Shown: positions 58,264-64,000 of the stretch, one piece after another
Position numbering within the stretch: the first letter of the stretch is position 1
How the letters are laid out: every line of letters begins with the position of its first letter
Origin: Escherichia coli
Lineage (GTDB): Bacteria; Pseudomonadota; Gammaproteobacteria; Enterobacterales; Enterobacteriaceae
Assembly: GCF_003018255.1 (NCBI RefSeq)
Contig: NZ_CP027440.1
Strand: one strand, 5' to 3'
Length of the DNA stretch: 64,000 nucleotides
Program-made: the position numbers and the translations under genes
The notes under the pieces: model-generated
What the model saw: only the letters and a program-made list of their open reading frames with translations
Told to the model about the DNA's origin: nothing
Databases searched by the model: none

Positions 58264-61038
58264 CAGTTAACGGCGGTGGTGTACCCGGACGGGCTGGAGA
58301 GCAGCCGGGCATATGATGAGCTGGACAGACTGGTATCGGAGACATCGCGCAGCGGGGAGACAGTACGCTACCGCTACGATGACGTGCACAGTGAGTTACC
58401 GGCGACGACAACGGATGCGACGGGCAGCACCCGGCAGATGACCTGGAGCCGCTACGGGCAGTTGCTGGCCTTCACCGACTGCTCGGGCTACCAGACCCGC
58501 TATGAATACGACCACTTTGGTCAGATGACGGCGGTCCATCGTGAGGAAGGCATCAGCACGTACAATACCTATAACCCGCGCGGCCAGCTGGTCAGCCGGA
58601 AAGACGCACAGGGCCGTGAAACGCGGTATGAATACAACGCCGCAGGCGACCTGACTGCCGTTATCACCCCGGACGGCAACCGGAGCGAGACACAGTACGA
58701 TGCGTGGGGAAAGGCGGTCAGCACCACGCAGGGCGGGCTGACGCGCAGTATGGAGTACGATGCTGCCGGACGTGTCATCAGCCTGACCAACGAGAACGGC
58801 AGTCACAGCGACTTCAGCTACGATACGCTTGACCGGCTGGTACAGCAGCGCGGCTTTGACGGGCGGACGCAACGTTATCATTATGACCTGACCGGAAAAC
58901 TCACGCAGAGTGAAGATGAGGGGCTTGTCATCCTCTGGTACTACGATGAATCGGACCGTATCACTCACCGCACGGTGAACGGCGAACCGGCAGAGCAGTG
59001 GCAGTATGATGGCCACGGCTGGCTGAGAGAAATCAGCCACCTGAGCGAAGGCCACCGTGTTGCCGTCCACTATGGCTACGACGATAAGGGCCGTCTGACC
59101 GGGGAGCGCCAGACGGTGGAGAACCCGGAGACGGGGGAACTGCTGTGGCAGCATGAGACGAAACAGGCATACAACGAACAGGGGCTGGCAAACCGCGTCA
59201 CGCCGGACAGCCTGCCGCCGGTGGAGTGGCTGGCCTATGGCAGCGGTTATCTGGCGGGCATGAAGCTGGGCGGGACGCCGCTGCTGGAGTACACGCGCGA
59301 CCGCCTGCACCGGGAGACGGTGCGCAGCTTCGGCAGCATGGCAGGCAATACAGCCGCATATGAACTGACCAGCACTTACACCCCCGCAGGCCAGTTACAG
59401 AGCCGGCACCTGAACAGCCTGGTGTTTGATTGTGACTATAACTGGAATGACAACGGCGACCTGATGCGCATCAGCGGCCCGCGACAGACGCGGGAATACG
59501 GCTACAGCGCCACGGGCAGGCTGGAGAGCGTGCGCACCCTCGCACCGGACCTGGACATCCGCATCCCGTATGCCACCGACCCGGCGGGCAACCGGCTGCC
59601 GGACCCGGAGCTGCACCCGGACAGTACACTCACAGTGTGGCCGGATAACCGAATCACCGAAGACGCGCACTACCTGTACCGTTACGATGAATACGGCAGG
59701 CTGGCGGAGAAGACGGACCGCATCCCGGCGGGTGTGATACGGACGGACGACGAGCGGACCCACCACTACCACTACGACAGCCAGCACCGCCTGGTGTTCT
59801 ATACGCGGATACAGCATGGCGAGCCACTGGTCGAGAGCCGCTACCTTTACGACCCGCTGGGCCGCCGGACGGGTAAACGGGTGTGGCGTCGCGGGCGTGA
59901 CCTGACAGGATGGATGTCGCTGTCGCGTAAACCGGAGGAGACGTGGTACGGGTGGGACGGCGACAGGCTGACGACGGTGCAGACTGACAGCACGCGTATC
60001 CAGACGGTGTACCAGCCGGGAAGCTTCACACCGCTCATCCGCATCGAAACAGACGTGACCGAACTGGAGAAAGCGCAGCGGCGGAGCCTGGCGGAGAAGC
60101 TCCAGCAGGAAGGGAGCGAGGACGGACACGGCGTGGTGTTCCCGGCTGAACTGGTGCGGCTGCTGGACAGGCTGGAGGAAGAAATCCGGACAGACCGCGT
60201 GAGCAGTGAAAGCCGGGCGTGGCTTGCGCAGTGCGGGCTGACGGTGGAGCAACTGGAAAAACAGGTGGAGCCGGAATATACACCGGCGCGAAAAGTTCAT
60301 CTTTACCACTGCGACCACCGGGGCCTGCCGCTGGCGCTTATCAGCGAAGACGGCAATACGGTGTGGAGCGCGGAGTATGATGAATGGGGAAACCTGCTTA
60401 ATGAGGAGAACCCGCATCATGTGTATCAGTCATACCGTCTGCCGGGGCAGCAGCATGATGAGGAGTCGGGGCTGTACTACAACCGGAACCGGTACTACAA
60501 TCCGTTGCTGGGACGATATATTACTCAGGACCCGATTGGGCTGGCGGGGGGATGGAGTCTGTATGCGTATCCGCTGAATCCGGTGAATGGTATTGATCCA
60601 TTAGGATTAAGTCCTGCAGATGTAGCGTTAATGCGAAAAAAAGAACAATTAAACCATCAAAGAGCATGGGATATATTATCTGATACTTATGATGATATGA
60701 AGAGATTAAATTTAGGTGGGACTGATCAATTTTTCCATTGTATGGCATTTTGTCGAGTGTCTAAATTAAATGACGCTGGTGTTAGCCGATCAGCGAAAGG
60801 GCTGGGTTATGAAAAAGAGATTAGAGATTACGGGTTAAATATGTTCGGTATGTACGGCAGAAAAGTAAAGTTATCCCATTCTGAGATGATTGAAGATAAT
60901 AAAAAAGACTTGGCTGTAAATGAACATGGGTTGACATGTCCATTAACACAAGATTGCTCAAATAGATGTATTGATTATATTAATCCAGAGCATAAAAAAA
61001 CGATAAAGGCTTTACAAGATGCTGGCTATCTCAAGTAA
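58264..61038 (+). pseudogene. rhsD: Rhs polymorphic toxin gene, 3' fragment (YD-repeat core + C-terminal toxin tip)
   Basis: Frame [23 protein letters not shown]... continues the 5' fragment exactly; YD repeats throughout; core ends [27 protein letters not shown] (to 60609). Confidence 0.9.
60610..61035 (+). other. Rhs C-terminal variable toxin domain (142 aa), AT-rich
   Basis: Begins right after the PxxxxDPxGL core-terminating motif; composition switches abruptly from GC-rich core to AT-rich tip; five Cys; by-eye serum-amyloid-A-like motifs (see findings). Confidence 0.7.
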
Positions 61039-61510
61039 CATCTCAAAGATGGTAATATTTATTTTTGCTATTATAATCGTTGTTTTTTTATGCGTGACTA
61101 CTTATCTTTATTTACACAAAGATGAATCTCTTGTAAGTAAGCATTACATAAACTATATGGCAATACCAGAAAGTGATGGGGTTTTTACATGGCTCCCAGA
61201 TTTTTTTCCGCACGTAGCGGTGGATATATCAATATCCACAAATGTAGAAGATGATTATTTTTTTTCTTATTTTTCCCTAACAATCGATGATGGGGGGAGG
61301 TTTAAGAAAACATTGACTGTGAGGGCCAGGGAACAAGTGGCGAAAATCGTATCAGAGAATGATCCAGATACAAAAAAAGTGTGGTGTAAATATGGTAAAA
61401 TACCAGGGCAAGGGGATAGCGTAAACCTTTTTTTTGTTGGTGAAATTAATGTTACGCATTATTTTATAACAAATATTGGAGCTGGGTTACCTGATGCTTG
61501 TGCAGAGTAA
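61019..61510 (+). CDS. Candidate Rhs immunity protein with N-terminal TM anchor
   Basis: 163-aa AT-rich ORF overlapping the toxin 3' end by 20 nt; hydrophobic helix [22 protein letters not shown]; position typical of rhsI genes. Confidence 0.65.
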   Translation: MLAISSNISKMVIFIFAIIIVVFLCVTTYLYLHKDESLVSKHYINYMAIPESDGVFTWLPDFFPHVAVDISISTNVEDDYFFSYFSLTIDDGGRFKKTLTVRAREQVAKIVSENDPDTKKVWCKYGKIPGQGDSVNLFFVGEINVTHYFITNIGAGLPDACAE

Positions 61511-61876
61511 TTGCTTGAATTAAGAGTCTATCCCATATCGAAGTCGTCAACTTCGTAGTGAGGAAAAGTATAATCCCTGACTGAGAAAAGACATGTCGGC
61601 TATTGTGTAAAGCCATATAGCTCAGACGATGAATATCTACTCGTATTCAGTTGTTTATTGAGGGTGAGTTCCGACCCTGAAACAACAAATAAAATGAACA
61701 GCCAGAGAGTTTACATAGAATTGCACTGGTCTTTTACGATATCTGACATTGTGTAATACATATTCAGCCATGCATTAATTAAAATGTTACGTGTTTAATG
61801 TGAGTCCCTATCTGAAAATAAATAATCCTTCCGGATTAAAATAAATTCTCGCCGGGAAAGAAAGAGGAAATAAACC

Positions 61877-61972
61877 ATTAGCGGAAAACCAGCGGCACGC
61901 CAGGGTGACATGCCCCAGTACGGCGGCCCGATAGTCCAGGGTTCAGCGGGGGTACTGATAGTCGCGCCGACT
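61877..61972 (+). pseudogene. Orphan Rhs N-terminal (PAAR-like) fragment, start codon ATG->ATT
   Basis: ATTAGCGGAAAACCAGCGGCACGCCAGGGTGACATGCCCCAGTACGGCGGCCCGATAGTCCAGGGTTCAGCG... aligns to 55478-55573 of the main rhs (ISGKPAARQGDMPQYGGPIVQGSAG); similarity ends about 61972. Confidence 0.8.
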
Positions 61973-62024
61973 GCATCGAGAACTCCATACAACTTTTTAC
62001 GGAACGTCACCTGATAAAATTTGT

Positions 62025-62432
62025 TCAGTATCGTCTTTTGAGATTCTCAAGGTTATGGAGTAACCAGACAGAACGGACACCACTGTCGGAGATAAAAACC
62101 CCCTGTTTACGCAGCTCGTTGCTGGCCCGGTGCTGACCATGTGTCGGGAAAGCGACGGCGTAATCAACAACAGCCTGTTCAATTGCCTCATCGGTACGGT
62201 TCTTAAGGTTAGGAGCGCGGCGACTACGATTAATCTGCGCATCCACACCGCCTTCAGCGGCCAGTTCGCGGTAACGATAAAACGTATCACGCGAAACGCC
62301 CATGATTTTACAGGCTTTTGATACGTTGCTGAGTTCTTCAGCCAGATTGAGCAAACCGGCTTTGTGTTTGATGACGGGATTGGCAGTATGAAGCATGAGA
62401 GTTACCTCTTGTTTTGGATAAGGATTCGACAC
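62025..62432 (-). mobile_element. Truncated transposase N-terminal fragment (HTH only; ylbG-like, probably IS481-type)
   Basis: 135-aa ORF: ...LSNVSKACKIMGVSRDTFYRYRELAAEGGVDA...; no DDE core follows; no terminal IRs identified. Confidence 0.6.
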
Positions 62433-62511
62433 TCATATCAAAACCGGTAACTCTCAACCTTTCAAGGCCATGTGTCAGATCAAGTCGCGACTAATACAAA
62501 TACGTCCCTCA

Positions 62512-63621
<1,110 letters not shown>

Positions 63622-63674
63622 TCAAATCAGCTTGCGCGCTATTTTACGCGCCAACGCGCAAGGAAACTTGATTT

Positions 63675-64000
63675 TTAACTGCGTGGGTTGCCGAAAATTT
63701 CTAAAAATCCGCTGATTTCCGGCCTGCGCTGGGTAAACAAGGTCACAATATCTTCTATCGCTTTGCCGCTGCCAAATTTGCGCCATGCCAGACTCAATGG
63801 TGAAGGAGGGCGCATCGTTGGGATTACCCGGCTGACCAGTTGTTGATTATCGATCATTGACTGGCAAAGTGATTTTGGCAAAAAACCAATGCCAACGCCC
63901 GCCAGATGGGCGGCGATTTTCGTTTCCATATCGGGAACAATAATCTCTTTTTGCCCCGGCAATCGCCAGGCGACGCGTTTGGTTAGTGTGCGGGCGCTGT
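63675..64000 (-). CDS. allS: LysR-family regulator AllS, C-terminal part (5' end beyond window)
   Basis: Minus-strand frame open from the window edge to stop at 63675; LysR effector-domain-like sequence; K-12 neighbour of selU. Confidence 0.8.
   Translation of the reverse strand, partial: SARTLTKRVAWRLPGQKEIIVPDMETKIAAHLAGVGIGFLPKSLCQSMIDNQQLVSRVIPTMRPPSPLSLAWRKFGSGKAIEDIVTLFTQRRPEISGFLEIFGNPRS

Noticed and set aside
58396-60420. 304-aa and 341-aa minus-strand ORFs inside the Rhs core
   Set aside because: The GC-rich YD-repeat DNA keeps antisense frames open. The translations are Arg/Ala/Pro-rich and lack starts with an SD. The plus-strand Rhs frame explains the region.
61795-62010. 71-aa minus-strand ORF in the track
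   Set aside because: Its middle (GATISTPAEPWTIGPPYWGMSPWRAAGFP) is the reverse-frame reading of the plus-strand PAAR-like rhs fragment, and the same artefact appears at 55516-55707 opposite the real rhs start.

Overview
This window is Escherichia coli chromosome, syntenic from memory with the K-12 mdlB-to-allS segment. The order is mdlB, glnK-amtB, tesB, ybaY, atl, ffs, ybaA, pdeB, ylaC, maa, hha-tomB, acrBA/acrR, mscK, ybaM, priC, ybaN, apt, dnaX, ybaB-recR, htpG, adk, hemH, aes, gsk, ybaL, fsr, ushA, ybaK, chiX, ybaP, ybaQ, copA, glsA-ybaT, cueR, ybbJ-qmcA, fetAB, cnoX, ybbO, tesA, ybbAP, an rhsD-locus Rhs gene, selU and allS. Most of it is ordinary core genome with recognisable regulatory sites: glnK sigma-54 promoter, AcrR operator, dnaX frameshift cassette, htpG sigma-32 promoter and the copA CueR box. 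It also carries two ncRNAs (4.5S RNA, ChiX) and REP/BIME elements. I saw no rRNA, tRNA or CRISPR.

Three places look accessory:
1. A roughly 3.3-kb insert lies between cueR and ybbJ. It carries a short headless trimeric-autotransporter (YadA-anchor) gene, a lipoprotein and a small membrane protein in one apparent operon. A divergent MqsA/XRE-like HTH gene sits across a control region with reiterated TGTTTCT/AGAAACA inverted repeats, and a decayed DGHHK-motif gene adjoins cueR.
2. An intact HigB-like toxin ORF lies directly upstream of ybaQ (HigA-like).
3. A PAAR-like Rhs toxin gene is split by an IS2-group element flanked by an unusually long 16-19 bp direct repeat. Its AT-rich C-terminal tip aligns by eye to serum amyloid A motifs, followed by a membrane-anchored candidate immunity gene and rhs/IS debris.

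The best candidates for an undescribed system are the adhesin module and the Rhs tip/immunity pair. All homology statements are by-eye or from memory and need database confirmation.
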